Positions 39,101 through 53,900 of a DNA stretch of 64,000 nt are shown here, piece after piece. The notes under the pieces were generated by a model. The model made no database searches. It saw nothing but the letters and a program-made list of their open reading frames with translations, and had not been told where the DNA came from. Position 1 is the stretch's first letter, and every line of letters begins with the position of its first letter. A program made the translations under genes and the position numbers. The stretch comes from Eledone cirrhosa (Eukaryota), in NCBI GenBank assembly GCA_964016885.1, contig OZ024742.1, positions 378,510,001 through 378,574,000 of the forward strand, given 5' to 3'.

Positions 39101-42100
39101 GACTATTGTATTAATGTTGTGGTCATTTGTAGTCTATTGTAGCACTGAGCAGTCTATTGTATTAGTGTTGTGGTCATTTGTAGTCTATTGTAGCACTGAG
39201 CAGTCTATTGTATTAATGCTGTGGTCAGTTATATTCTATTGTAGCACTGAGCAGACTATTGTATTAATGTTGTGGACATTTGTAGTCTATTGTAGCACTG
39301 AGCAGTCTATTTTATTAATGTTGTGGTGATTTGTAGCTCTATTGTAGCAATGAGCACTGTATTGTATTAATGTTGTGGTCATTTGTAGTCTATTGTAGCA
39401 CTGAGCAGTCTATTGTATTAATGTTGTGGTCATTTGTAGCTCTATTGTAGCACTGAGCAGTCTATTGTATTAATGTTGTGGTCATTTGTAGCTCTATTGT
39501 AGCACTGAGCAGTCTATTATATTAATGTTGTGGTCATTTGTAGTCTATTGTAGCACTGAGCAGTCTATTGTATTAATGTTGTGGTCATGTGTAGCTCTAT
39601 TGTAGCACTGAGCAGTGTATTGTATTGGTGTTGTGGTCATTTGTAGCTCTATTGTAGCACTGAGCAGTCTATTATATTAATGTTGTGGTCATTTGTAGTC
39701 TATTGTAGCACTGAGCAGTCTATTGTATTATTGTTGTGGTCATTTGTAGTCTATTGTAGCACTGAGCAGTCTATTTTATTAATGTTGTGGTCATTTGTAG
39801 TCTATTGTAGCACTGAGCAGTCTATTGTATTAATGTTGTGGTCATTTGTAGCTCTATTGTAGCACTGAGCAGTCTATTGTATTAGTGTTGTGGTCATTTG
39901 TAGTCTATTGTAGCACTGAGCAGTCTATTGTATTAATGTTGTGGTCATTTGTAGTCTATTGTAGCACTGAGCAGTCTATTGTATTAGTGTTGTGGTCATT
40001 TGTAGTCTATTGTAGCACTGAGCAGTCTATTGTATTAATGCTGTGGTCAGTTATATTCTATTGTAGCACTGAGCAGACTATTGTATTAATGTTGTGGACA
40101 TTTGTAGTCTATTGTAGCACTGAGCAGTCTATTTTATTAATGTTGTGGTCATTTGTAGTCTATTGTAGCACTGAGCAGTCTATTGTATTAATGTTGTGGT
40201 CATTTGTAGCTCTATTGTAGCACTGAGCAGTCTATTGTATTAATGTTGTGGTCATTTGTAGCTCTATTGTAGCACTGAGCAGTCTATTGTATTAATGTTG
40301 TGGTCATTTGTAGTCTATTGTAGCACTGAGCAGTCTATTGTATTAGTGTTGTGCTCATTTGTAGCTCTATAGTAGCACTGAGCAGTCTATTGTATTAATG
40401 TTGTGGTGAGTTGTATTCTATTGTAGCACTGAGCAGACTATTGTATTAATGTTGTGGTCATTTGTAGTATATTGTAGTTCTGAGCAGTCTATTGTATTGA
40501 TGTTGTGGTCATTTGTAGCCTATTGTAGCACTGAGCAGTCTATTGTATTAATGTTGTGGTCATTTGTAGCTCTATTGTAGCACTGAGCAGTCTATTATAT
40601 TAATGTTGTGGTCATTTGGAGTCTATTGTAGCACTGAGCAGTCTATTGTATTAGTGTTGTGGTCATTTGTAGCTCTATTGTAGCACTGAGCAGTCTATTG
40701 TATTAATGTTGTGGTCAGTTGTAGTCTTTTGTAGCACTGAGCAGTCTATTGTATTAATGTTGTGGTCATTTGTAGCTCTATTGTAGCACTGAGCAGTCTA
40801 TTGTATTAATGTTGTGGTCATTTGTAGCTCTATTGTAGCACTGAGCATTGTATTGTATTAATGTTGTGGTCATTTGTAGCTCTATTGTAGCACTGAGCAG
40901 TCTATTGTATTAATGTTGTGGTTATTTGTAGCTCTATTGTAGCACTGAGCAGTCTATTGTATTAATGTTGTGGTCATTTGTAGCTCTATTGTAGCACTGA
41001 GCAGTCTATTGTATTAATGTTGTGGTCATTTGTAGTCTATTGTAGCACTGAGCAGTCTATTGTATTAGTGTTGTGGTCATTTGTAGCTCTATAGTAGCAC
41101 TGAGCAGTCTATTGTATTAATGTTGTGGTCAGTTGTAGTCTATTGTAGCACTGAGCAGTCTATTGTATTAATGTTGTGGTCAGTTGTAGCTCTATTGTAG
41201 CACTGAGCAGTCTATTGTATTAATGTTGTGGTCAATTGTATTCTATTGTAGCACTGAGCAGACTATTGTATTAATGTTGTGGTCATATGTAGTCTATTGT
41301 AGCACTGAGCAGTCTATTGTATTAGTGTTGTGGTCATTTGTAGTCTATTGTAGCACTGAGCAGTCTATTGTATTAATGCTGTGGTCAGTTATATTCTATT
41401 GTAGCACTGAGCAGACTATTGTATTAATATTGTGGTCATTTGTAGTCTATTGTAGTACTGAGCAGTCTATTTTATTAATGTTGTGGTCATTTGTAGCTCT
41501 ATTGTAGCACTGAGCATTGTATTGTATTAATGTTGTGGTCATTTGTAGTCTATTGTAGCACTGAGCAATCTATTGTATTAATGTTGTGGTCATTTGTAGT
41601 TCTATTGTAGCACTGAGCAGTCTATTGTATTAATATTGTGGTCATTTGTAGTCTATTGTAGCACTGAGCAGTCTATTGTATTAATGTTGTGGTCATTTGT
41701 AGTCTATTGTAGCACTGACCAGTGTATAGTATTAATGTTGTGGTCATTTGTAGCTCTATTGTAGCACTGAGCATTGTATTGTATTAATGTTGTGGTCATT
41801 TGTAGTCTATTGTAGCACTGAGCAATCTATTGTATTAATGTTGTGGTCATTTGTAGTTCTATTGTAGCACTGAGCAGTCTATTGTATTAATGTTGTGGTA
41901 ATTTGTAGTCTATTGTAGCACTGAGCAGTGTATTGTATTAATGTTGTGGTAATTAGTAGTCTATTGTAGCACTGAGCAGTGTATTGTATTAATATTGTGG
42001 TCATTTGTAGTCTATTGTAGCACTGAGCAGTCTATTTTATTAATGTTGTGGTCATTTGTAGTCTATTGTAGCACTGAGCAGTCTATTGTATTAATGTTGT

Positions 42101-45100
42101 GGTCATTTGTAGCTCTATTGTAGCACTGAGCAGTCTATTGTATTAATGTTGTGGTCATTTGTAGTCTATTGTAGCACTGAGCAGTCTATTGTATTATTGT
42201 TGTGGTCATTTGTAGTCTATTGTAGCACTGAGCAGTCTATTTTATTAATGTTGTGGTCATTTGTAGTCTATTGTAGCACTGAGCAGTCTATTGTATTAAT
42301 GTTGTGGTCATTTGTAGCTCTATTGTAGCACTGAGCAGTCTATTGTATTAATGTTGTGGTCAGTTGTATTCTATTGTAGCCCTGAGCAGACTATTGTATT
42401 AATGTTGTGGTCATTTGTAGTCTATTGTAGCACTGAGCAGTCTATTGTATTAGTGTTGTGGTCATTTGTAGTCTATTGTAGCACTGAGCAGTCTATTGTA
42501 TTAATGATGTGGTCAGTTATATTCTATTGTAGCACTGAGCAGACTATTGTATTAATGTTGTGGACATTTGTAGTCTATTGTAGCACTGAGCATTGTATTG
42601 TATTAATGTTGTGGTCATTTGTCGTCTATTGTAGCACTGAGCAGTCTATTGTATTAATGTTGTGGTCATTTGTAGCTCTATTGTAGCACTGAACAGTCTA
42701 TTGTATTAATGTTATGCTCATTTGTAGTCTATTGTACCACTGAGCTGTCTATTGTATTAATGTTGTGGTCATTTGTAGATCTATAGTAGCACTGAGCAGT
42801 CTATTGTATTAATGTTGTGGTAATTTGTAGTCTATTGTAGCACTGAGCAGTGTATTGTATTAATATTGTGGTCATTTGTAGTCTATTGTAGCACTGAGAA
42901 GTCTATTGTATTAATGTTGTGGTAATTTGTAGTCTATTGTAGCACTGAGCAGTCTATTGTATTAATGTTGTGGTCATTTGTAGCTCTATTGTAGCACTGA
43001 GCAGTCTATTGTATTAATGTTTTGGTCATTTGAAGTCTATTGTAGCACTGAGCAGTCTATTGTATTAATGTTGTGGTCATTTGTAGTCTATTGTAGCACT
43101 GAGCAGTCTGTTGTATTAATGTTGTGGTCATTTGTAGCTCTATTGTAGCACTGAGCAGTCTATTGTATTAATGTTGTGGTAATTTGTAGTCTATTGTAGC
43201 ACTGAGGAGTGTATTGTATTAATATTGTGGTCATTTGTAGTCTATTGTAGCACTGAGCAGTCTATTGTATTAATGTTGTGGTCATTTGTAGTCTATTGTA
43301 GCACTGAGCAGTCTATTGTATTAATGTTGTGGTCATTTGTCGTCTATTGTAGCACTGAGCAGTCTATTGTATTAATGTTGTGGTAATTTGTAGTCTATTG
43401 TAGCACTGAGCAGTGTATTGTATTAATATTGTGGTCATTTGTAGCTCTATTGTAGCACTGAGCAGTCTATTGTATTAATGTTGTGGTCATTTGTAGTCTA
43501 TTGTAGCACTGAGCAGTCTATTGTATTAATGTTGTGGTCATTTGTAGCTCTATTGTAGCACTGAGCAGTCTATTGTATTAATGTTGTGGTAATTTGTAGT
43601 CTATTGTAGCACTAAGCAGTGTATTGTGTTAATATTGTGGTCATTTGTAGTCTATTGTAGCACTGAGCAGTCTATTGTATTAATGTTGTGGTAATTTGTA
43701 GTCTACTGTAGCACTGAGCAGTTTATTGTATTAATGTTGTGGTCATTTGTCGTCTATTGTAGCACTGAGCAGTCTATTGTATTAATGTTGTGGTAATTTG
43801 TAGTCTATTGTAGCACTGAGCAGTGTATTGTATTAATATTGTGGTCATTTGTAGCTCTATTGTAGCACTGAGCAGTCTATTGTATTAATGTTGTGGTCAT
43901 TTGTAGTCTATTGTAGCACTGAGCAGTCTATTGTATTAATGTTGTGGTCATTTGTAGCTCTATTGTAGCACTGAGCAGTCTATTGTATTAATGTTGTGGT
44001 CATTTGTAGTCTATTGTAGCACTGAGCAGTCTATTGTATTAATGTTGTGGTCATTTGTAGCTCTATTGTAGCACTGAGCAGTGTATTGTATTAGTGTTGT
44101 GGTCATTTGTAGCTCTATTGTAGCACTGAGCAGTCTATTATATTAATGTTGTGGTCATTTGTAGTATATTGTAGCACTGAGCAGTCTATTGTATTATTGT
44201 TGTGGTCATTTGTAGTCTATTGTAGCACTGAGCAGTCTATTTTATTAATGTTGTGGTCATTTGTATTCTATTGTAGCACTGAGCAGTCTATTGTATTAAT
44301 GTTGTGGTCATTTGTAGCTCTATTGTAGCACTGAGCAGTCTATTGTATTAATGTTGTGGTCAGTTGTATTCTATTGTAGCCCTGAGCAGACTATTGTATT
44401 AATGTTGTGGTCATTTGTAGTCTATTGTAGCACTGAGCAGTCTATTGTATTAGTGTTGTGGTCATTTGTAGTCTATTGTAGCACTGAGCAGTCTATTGTA
44501 TTAATGCTGTGGTCAGTTATATTCTATTGTAGCACTGAGCAGACTATTGTATTAATGTTGTGGACATGTGTAGTCTATTGTAGCACTGAGCAGTCTATTT
44601 TATTAATGTTGTGGTCATTTGTAGCTCTATTGTAGCAATGAGCACTGTATTGTATTAATGTTGTGGTCATTTGTAGTCTATTGTAGCACTGAGCAGTCTA
44701 TTGTATTAATGTTGTGGTCATTTGTAGTCTATTGTATCACTGAGCAGTCTATTGTATTAATGTTGTGGTCATTTGTAGCTCTATTGTAGCGCACTGAGCA
44801 GTCTATTGTATTAATGTTGTGGTCATTTGTAGTCTATTGTAGCACTGAGCAGTCTATTGTATTAATGTTGTGGTCATTTGTAGCTCTATTGTAGCACTGA
44901 GCAGTGTATTGTATTAGTGTTGTGGTCATTTGTAGCTCTATTGTAGCACTGAGCAGTCTATTATATAAATGTTGTGGTCATTTGTAGTCTATTGTAGCAC
45001 TGAGCAGTATATTGTATTATTGTTGTGGTCATTTGTAGTCTATTGTAGCACTGAGCAGTCTATTTTATTAATGTTGTGGTCATTTGTAGTCTATTGTAGC

Positions 45101-47912
45101 ACTGAGCAGTCTATTGTATTAATGTTGTGGTCATTTGTAGCTCTATTGTAGCACTGAGCAGTCTATTGTATTAATGTTGTGGTCAGTTGTATTCTATTGT
45201 AGCCCTGAGCAGACTATTGTTTTAATGTTGTGGTCATTTGTAGTCTATTGTAGCACTGAGCAGTCTATTGTATTAGTGTTGTGGTCATTTGTAGTCTATT
45301 GTAGCACTGAGCAGTCTATTGTATTAATGCTGTGGTCAGTTATATTCAATTGTAGCACTGAGCAGACTATTGTATTAATGTTGTGGACATTTGTAGTCTA
45401 TTGTAGCACTGAGCAGTCTATTTTATTAATGTTGTGGTCATTTGTAGCTCTATTGTAGCAATGAGCATTGTATTGTATTAATGTTGTGGTCATTTGTCGT
45501 CTATTGTAGCACTGAGCAGTCTATTGTATTAATGTTGTGGTCATTTGTAGCTCTATTGTAGCACTGAGCAGTCTATTGTATTAATGTTGTGGTCATTTGT
45601 AATCTATTGTACCACTGAGCTGTCTATTGTATTAATGTTGTGGTCATTTGTAGCTCTATAGTAGCACTGAGCAGTCTATTGTATTAATGTTGTGGTAATT
45701 TGTAGTCTATTGTAGCACTGAGCAGTGTATTGTATTAATATTGTGGTCATTTGTAGCTCTATTGTAGCACTGAGCAGTCTATTGTATTGATGTTGTGGTC
45801 AGTTGTATTCTATTGTAGCCCTGAGCAGACTATTGTTTTAATGTTGTGGTCATTTGTAGTCTATTGTAGCACTGAGCAGTCTATTGTATTAGTGTTGTGG
45901 TCATTTGTAGTCTATTGTAGCACTGAGCAGTCTATTGTATTAATGCTGTGGTCAGTTATATTCAATTGTAGCACTGAGCAGACTATTGTATTTATGTTGT
46001 GGACATTTGTAGTCTATTGTAGCACTGAGCAGTCTATTTTATTAATGTTGTGGTCATTTGTAGCTCTATTGTAGCAATGAGCATTGTATTGTATTAATGT
46101 TGTGGTCATTTGTCGTCTATTGTAGCACTGAGCAGTCTATTGTATTAATGTTGTGGTCATTTGTAGCTCTATTGTAGCACTGAGCAGTCTATTGTATTAA
46201 TGTTGTGGTCATTTGTAATCTATTGTACCACTGAGCTGTCTATTGTATTAATGTTGTGGTCATTTGTAGCTCTATAGTAGCACTGAGCAGTCTATTGTAT
46301 TAATGTTGTGGTAATTTGTAGTCTATTGTAGCACTGAGCAGTGTATTGTATTAATATTGTGGTCATTTGTAGTCTATTGTAGCACTGAGCAGTCTATTGT
46401 ATTAATGTTGTGGTCACTTGTCGTCTATTGTAGCACTGAGCAGTCTATTGTATTAATGTTGTGGTAATTTGTAGTCTATTGTAGCACTGAGCAGTGTATT
46501 GTATTAATATTGTGGTCATTTGTAGCTCTATTGTAGCACTGAGCAGTCTATTGTATTAATGTTGTGGTCATTTGTAGTCTATTGTAGCACTGAGCAGTCT
46601 ATTGCATTAATGTTGTGGTCATTTGTAGCTTTATTGTAGCACTGAGCAGTCTATTGTATTAATGTTGTGGTCATTTGTAGTCTATTGTAGCACTGAGCAG
46701 TCTATTGTATTAATGTTGTGGTCATTTGTAGCTCTATTGTAGCACTGAGCAGTGTATTGTATTAGTGTTGTGGTCATTTGTAGCTCTATTGTAGCACTGA
46801 GCAGTCTATTATATTAATGTTGTGGTCAGTTGTATTCTATTGTAGCCCTGAGCAGACTATTGTATTAATGTTGTGGTCATTTGTAGTCTATTGTAGCACT
46901 GAGCAGTCTATTGTATTAGTGTTGTGGTCATTTGTAGTCTATTGTAGCACTGAGCAGTCTATTGTATTAATGCTGTGGTCAGTTATATTCTATTGTAGCA
47001 CTGAGCAGACTATTGTATTAATGTTGTGGACATTTGTAGTCTATTGTAGCACTGAGCAGTCTATTTTATTAATGTTGTGGTGATTTGTAGCTCTATTGTA
47101 GCAATGAGCACTGTATTGTATTAATGTTGTGGTCATTTGTAGTCTATTGTAGCACTGAGCAGTCTATTGTATTAATGTTGTGGTCATTTGTAGCTCTATT
47201 GTAGCACTGAGCAGTCTATTGTATTAATGTTGTGGTCATTTGTAGCTCTATTGTAGCACTGAGCAGTCTATTATATTAATGTTGTGGTCATTTGTAGTCT
47301 ATTGTAGCACTGAGCAGTCTATTGTATTAATGTTGTGGTCATGTGTAGCTCTATTGTAGCACTGAGCAGTGTATTGTATTGGTGTTGTGGTCATTTGTAG
47401 CTCTATTGTAGCACTGAGCAGTCTATTATATTAATGTTGTGGTCATTTGTAGTCTATTGTAGCACTGAGCAGTCTATTGTATTATTGTTGTGGTCATTTG
47501 TAGTCTATTGTAGCACTGAGCAGTCTATTTTATTAATGTTGTGGTCATTTGTAGTCTATTGTAGCACTGAGCAGTCTATTGTATTAATGTTGTGGTCATT
47601 TGTAGCTCTATTGTAGCACTGAGCAGTCTATTGTATTAGTGTTGTGGTCATTTGTAGTCTATTGTAGCACTGAGCAGTCTATTGTATTAATGTTGTGGTC
47701 ATTTGTAGTCTATTGTAGCACTGAGCAGTCTATTGTATTAGTGTTGTGGTCATTTGTAGTCTATTGTAGCACTGAGCAGTCTATTGTATTAATGCTGTGG
47801 TCAGTTATATTCTATTGTAGCACTGAGCAGACTATTGTATTAATGTTGTGGACATTTGTAGTCTATTGTAGCACTGAGCAGTCTATTTTATTAATGTTGT
47901 GGTCATTTGTAG
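32381..47912 (+). repeat. Near-perfect 7754-bp (~151-mer) tandem duplication
   Basis: Eleven ORF-track starts recur at exactly +7754 (33469/41223 through 39885/47639). Private variants match: GGTGAG 32651/40405, AGATCT 35023/42777 and the GC insertion 37035/44789. Confidence 0.96.
36390..38600 (+). repeat. Nested 823-bp (16-mer) and 616-bp (12-mer) duplications, repeated again at +7754
   Basis: Starts 36392/37215 and 36597/37420 differ by 823. Starts 37420/38036 differ by 616, with shared TTGTTTTAAT, TTCAATTG and TAATCTATTGTACC variants. Confidence 0.85.
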
Positions 47913-50900
47913 CTCTATTGTAGCAATGAGCACTGTATTGTATTAATGTTGTGGTCATTTGTAGTCTATTGTAGCACTGAGCAGTCTATTGTATTAATGT
48001 TGTGGTCATTTGTAGTCTATTGTAGCACTGAGCAGTCTATTGTATTAATGTTGTGGTCATTTGTAGCTCTATTGTAGCACTGAGCAGTCTATTGTATTAA
48101 TGTTGTGGTCATTTGTAGTCTATTGTAGCACTGAGCAGTCTATTGTATTAATGTTGTGGTCATTTGTAGCTCTATTGTAGCACTGAGCAGTGTATTGTAT
48201 TAGTGTTGTGGTCATTTGTAGCTGTATTGTAGCACTGAGCAGTCTATTATATAAATGTTGTGTTCATTTGTAGTCTATTGTAGCACTGAGCAGTCTATTG
48301 TATTATTGTTGTGGTCATTTGTAGTCTATTGTAGCACTGAGCAGTCTATTTTATTAATGTTGTGGTCATTTGTAGTCTATTGTAGCACTGAGCAGTCTAT
48401 TGTATTAATGTTGTGGTCATTTGTAGCTCTATTGTAGCACTGAGCAGTCTATTGTATTAATGTTGTGGTCAGTTGTATTCTATTGTAGCCCTGAGCAGAC
48501 TATTGTATTAATGTTGTGGTCATTTGTAGTCTATTGTAGCACTGAGCAGTCTATTGTATTAGTGTTGTGGTCATTTGTAGTCTATTGTAGCACTGAGCAG
48601 TCTATTGTATTAATGCTGTGGTCAGTTATATTCAATTGTAGCACTGAGCAGACTATTGTATTATTGTTGTGGACATTTGTAGTCTATTGTAGCACTGAGC
48701 AGTCTATTGTATTAGTGTTGTGGTCATTTGTAGCTCTATAGTAGCACTGAGCAGTCTATTGTATTAATGTTGTGGTCATTTGTAGTCTATTGTACCACTG
48801 AGCTGTCTATTGTATTAATGTTGTGTTCATTTGTAGTCTATTGTACCACTGAGCTGTCTATTGTATTAATGTTGTGGTCATTTGTAGCTCTATAGTAGCA
48901 CTGAGCAGTCTATTGTATTAATGTTGTGGTAATTTGTAGTCTATTGTAGCACTGAGCAGTGTATCGTATTAATATTGTGGTCATTTGTAGTCTATTGTAG
49001 AACTGAGCAGTCTATTGTATTAATGTTGTGGTCATTTGTAGTCTATTGTAGCACTGAGCAGTCTATTGTATTAATGTTGTGGTCATTTGTAGCTCTATTG
49101 TAGCACTGAGCAGTTTATTGTATTAATGTTGTGGTCATTTGAAGTCTATTGTAGCACTGAGCAGTCTATTGTATTAATGTTGTGGTCATTTGTAGTCTAT
49201 TGTAGCACTGAGCAGTCTGTTGTATTAATGTTGTGGTCATTTGTAGCTCTATTGTAGCACTGAGCAGTCTATTGTATTAATTTTGTGGTCATTTGTAGTC
49301 TACTGTAGCACTGAGCAGTTTATTGTATTAATGTTGTGGTCATTTGTCGTCTATTGTAGCACTGAGCAGTCTATTGTATTAATGTTGTGGTAATTTGTAG
49401 TCTATTGTAGCACTGAGCAGTGTATTGTATTAATATTGTGGTCATTTGTAGCTCTATTGTAGCACTGAGCAGTCTATTGTATTAATGTTGTGGTCATTTG
49501 TAGTCTATTGTAGCACTGAGCAGTCTATTGTATTAATGTTGTGGTCATTTGTAGCTCTATTGTAGCACTGAGCAGTCTATTGTATTAATGTTGTGGTCAT
49601 TTGTAGTCTATTGTAGCACTGAGCAGTCTATTGTATTAATGTTGTGGTCATTTGTAGCTCTATTGTAGCACTGAGCAGTGTATTGTATTAGTGTTGTGGT
49701 CATTTGTAGCTCTATTGTAGCACTGAGCAGTCTATTATATTAATGTTGTGGTCAGTTGTATTCTTTTGTAGCCCTGCGCAGACTATTGTATTAATGTTGT
49801 GGTCATTTGTAGTCTATTGTAGCACTGAGCAGTCTATTGTATTAGTGTTGTGGTCATTTGTAGTCTATTGTAGCACTGAGCAGTCTATTGTATTAATGTT
49901 GTGGTCATTTGTAGTCTATTGTAGCACTGAGCAGTCTATTGTATTAGTGTTGTGGTCATTTGTAGTCTATTGTAGCACTGAGCAGTCTATTGTATTAATG
50001 CTGTGGTCAGTTATATTCTATTGTAGCACTGAGCAGAATATTGTATTAATGTTGTGGACATTTGTAGTCTATTGTAGCACTGAGCAGTCTATTTTATTAA
50101 TGTTGTGGTCATTTGTAGCTCTATTGTAGCAATGAGCACTGTATTGTATTAATGTTGTGGTCATTTGTAGTCTATTGTAGCACTGAGCAGTCTATTGTAT
50201 TAATGTTGTGGTCATTTGTAGTCTATTGTAGCACTGAGCAGTCTATTGTATTAATGTTGTGGTCATTTGTAGCTCTATTGTAGCACTGAGCAGTCTATTG
50301 TATTAATGTTGTGGTCATTTGTAGTCTATTGTAGCACTGAGCAGTCTATTGTATTAATGTTGTGGTCATTTGTAGCTCTATTGTAGCACTGAGCAGTGTA
50401 TTGTATTAGTGTTGTGGTCATTTGTAGCTCTATTGTAGCACTGAGCAGTCTATTATATAAATGTTGTGTTCATTTGTAGTCTATTGTAGCACTGAGCAGT
50501 CTATTGTATTATTGTTGTGGTCATTTGTAGTCTATTGTAGCACTGAGCAGCCTATTTTATTAATGTTGTGGTCATTTGTAGTCTATTGTAGCACTGAGCA
50601 GTCTATTGTATTAATGTTGTGGTCATTTGTAGCTCTATTGTAGCACTGAGCAATCTATTGTATTAATGTTGTGGTCAGTTGTATTCTATTGTAGCCCTGA
50701 GCAGACTATTGTATTAATGTTGTGGTCATTTGTAGTCTATTGTAGCACTGAGCAGTCTATTGTATTAGTGTTGTGGTCATTTGTAGTCTATTGTAGCACT
50801 AAGCAGTCTATTGTATTAATGCTGTGGTCAGTTATATTCAATTGTAGCACTGAGCAGACTATTGTATTAATGTTGTGGACATTTGTAGTCTATTGTAGCA

Positions 50901-53900
50901 CTGAGCAGTCTATTGTATTAGTGTTGTGGTCATTTGTAGCTCTATAGTAGCACTGAGCAGTCTGTTGTATTAATGTTGTGGTCATTTGTAGTCTATTGTA
51001 CCACTGAGCTGTCTATTGTATTAATGTTGTGGTCATTTGTAGTCTATTGTACCACTGAGCTGTCTATTGTATTAATGTTGTGGTCATTTGTAGCTCTATA
51101 GTAGCACTGAGCAGTCTATTGTATTAATGTTGTGGTAATTTGTAGTCTATTGTAGCACTGAGCAGTGTATTGTATTAATATTGTGGTCATTTGTAGTCTA
51201 TTGTAGCACTGAGCAGTCTATTGTATTAATGTTGTGGTCATTTGTAGTCTATTGTAGCACTGAGCAGTCTATTGTATTAATGTTGTGGTCCTTTGTAGCT
51301 CTATTGTAGCACTGAGCAGTCTATTGTATTAATGTTGTGGTCATTTGAAGTCTATTGTAGCACTGAGCAGTCTATTGTATTAATGTTGTGGTCATTTGTA
51401 GTCTATTGTAGCACTGAGCAGTCTGTTGTATTAATGTTGTGGTCATTTGTAGCTCTATTGTAGCACTGAGCAGTCTATTGTATTAATGTTGTGGTCATTT
51501 GTAGTCTACTGTAGCACTGAGCAGTTTATTGTATTAATGTTGTGGTCATTTGTCGTCTATTGTAGCACTGAGCAGTCTATTGTATTAATGTTGTGGTAAT
51601 TTGTAGTCTATTGTAGCACTGAGCAGTCTATTGTATTAATGTTGTGGTCATTTGTAGCTCTATTGTAGCACTGAGCAGTCTATTGTATTAATGTTGTGGT
51701 CATTTGTAGTCTATTGTAGCACTGAGCAGTCTATTGTATTAATGTTGTGGTCATTTGTAGCTCTATTGTAGCACTGAGCAGTGTATTGTATTAGTGTTGT
51801 GGTCATTTGTAGCTCTATTGTAGCACTGAGCAGTCTATTATATTAATGTTGTGGTCAGTTGTATTCTTTTGTAGCCCTGAGCAGACTATTGTATTAATGT
51901 TGTGGTCATTTGTAGTCTATTGTAGCACTGAGCAGTCTATTGTATTAGTGTTGTGGTCATTTGTAGTCTATTGTAGCACTGAGCAGTCTATTATATTAAT
52001 GCTGTGGTCAGTTATATTCTATTGTAGCACTGAGCAGACTATTGTATTAATGTTGTGGACATTTGTAGTCTATTGTAGCACTGAGCAGTCTATTTTATTA
52101 ATGTTGTGGTGATTTGTAGCTCTATTGTAGCAATGAGCACTGTATTGTATTAATGTTGTGGTCATTTGTAGTCTATTGTAGCACTGAGCAGTCTATTGTA
52201 TTAGTGTTGTGGTCATTTGTAGTCTATTGTAGCACTGAGCAGTCTATTGTATTAATGTTGTGGTCATTTGTAGTCTATTGTAGCACTGAGCAGTCTATTG
52301 TATTAGTGTTGTGGTCATTTGTAGTCTATTGTAGCACTGAGCAGTCTATTGTATTAATGCTGTGGTCAGTTATATTCTATTGTAGCACTGAGCAGAATAT
52401 TGTATTAATGTTGTGGACATTTGTAGTCTATTGTAGCACTGAGCAGTCTATTTTATTAATGTTGTGGTCATTTGTAGCTCTATTGTAGCAATGAGCACTG
52501 TATTGTATTAATGTTGTGGTCATTTGTAGTCTATTGTAGCACTGAGCAGTCTATTGTATTAGTGTTGTGGTCATTTGTAGTCTATTGTAGCACTGAGCAG
52601 TCTATTGTATTAATGTTGTGGTCATTTGTAGTCTATTGTAGCACTGAGCAGTCTATTGTATTATTGTTGTGGTCATTTGTAGTCTATTGTAGCACTGAGC
52701 AGCCTATTTTATTAATGTTGTGGTCATTTGTAGTCTATTGTAGCACTGAGCAGTCTATTGTATTAATGTTGTGGTCATTTGTAGCTCTATTGTAGCACTG
52801 AGCAATCTATTGTATTAATGTTGTGGTCAGTTGTATTCTATTGTAGCCCTGAGCAGACTATTGTATTAATGTTGTGGTCATTTGTAGTCTATTGTAGCAC
52901 TGAGCAGTCTATTGTATTAGTGTTGTGGTCATTTGTAGTCTATTGTAGCACTAAGCAGTCTATTGTATTAATGCTGTGGTCAGTTATATTCAATTGTAGC
53001 ACTGAGCAGACTATTGTATTAATGTTGTGGACATTTGTAGTCTATTGTAGCACTGAGCAGTCTATTGTATTAGTGTTGTGGTCATTTGTAGCTCTATAGT
53101 AGCACTGAGCAGTCTATTGTATTAATGTTGTGGTCATTTGTAGTCTATTGTACCACTGAGCTGTCTATTGTATTAATGTTGTGGTCATTTGTAGTCTATT
53201 GTACCACTGAGCTGTCTATTGTATTAATGTTGTGGTCATTTGTAGCTCTATAGTAGCACTGAGCAGTCTATTGTATTAATGTTGTGGTAATTTGTAGTCT
53301 ATTGTAGCACTGAGCAGTGTATTGTATTAATATTGTGGTCATTTGTAGTCTATTGTAGCACTGAGCAGTCTATTGTATTAATGTTGTGGTCATTTGTAGT
53401 CTATTGTAGCACTGAGCAGTCTATTGTATTAATGTTGTGGTCATTTGTAGCTCTATTGTAGCACTGAGTAGTCTATTGTATTAATGTTGTGGTCATTTGT
53501 AGTCTATTGTAGCACTGAGCAGTCTATTGTATTAATGTTGTGGTCATTTGTAGTCTATTGTAGCACTGAGCAGTCTGTTGTATTAATGTTGTGGTCATTT
53601 GTAGCTCTATTGTAGCACTGAGCAGTCTATTGTATTAATGTTGTGGTCATTTGTAGTCTACTGTAGCACTGAGCAGTTTATTGTATTAATGTTGTGGTCA
53701 TTTGTCGTCTATTGTAGCACTGAGCAGTCTATTGTATTAATGTTGTGGTAATTTGTAGTCTATTGTAGCACTGAGCAGTCTATTGTATTAATGTTGTGGT
53801 CATTTGTAGCTCTATTGTAGCACTGAGCAGTCTATTGTATTAATGTTGTGGTCATTTGTAGTCTATTGTAGCACTGAGCAGTCTATTGTATTAATGTTGT

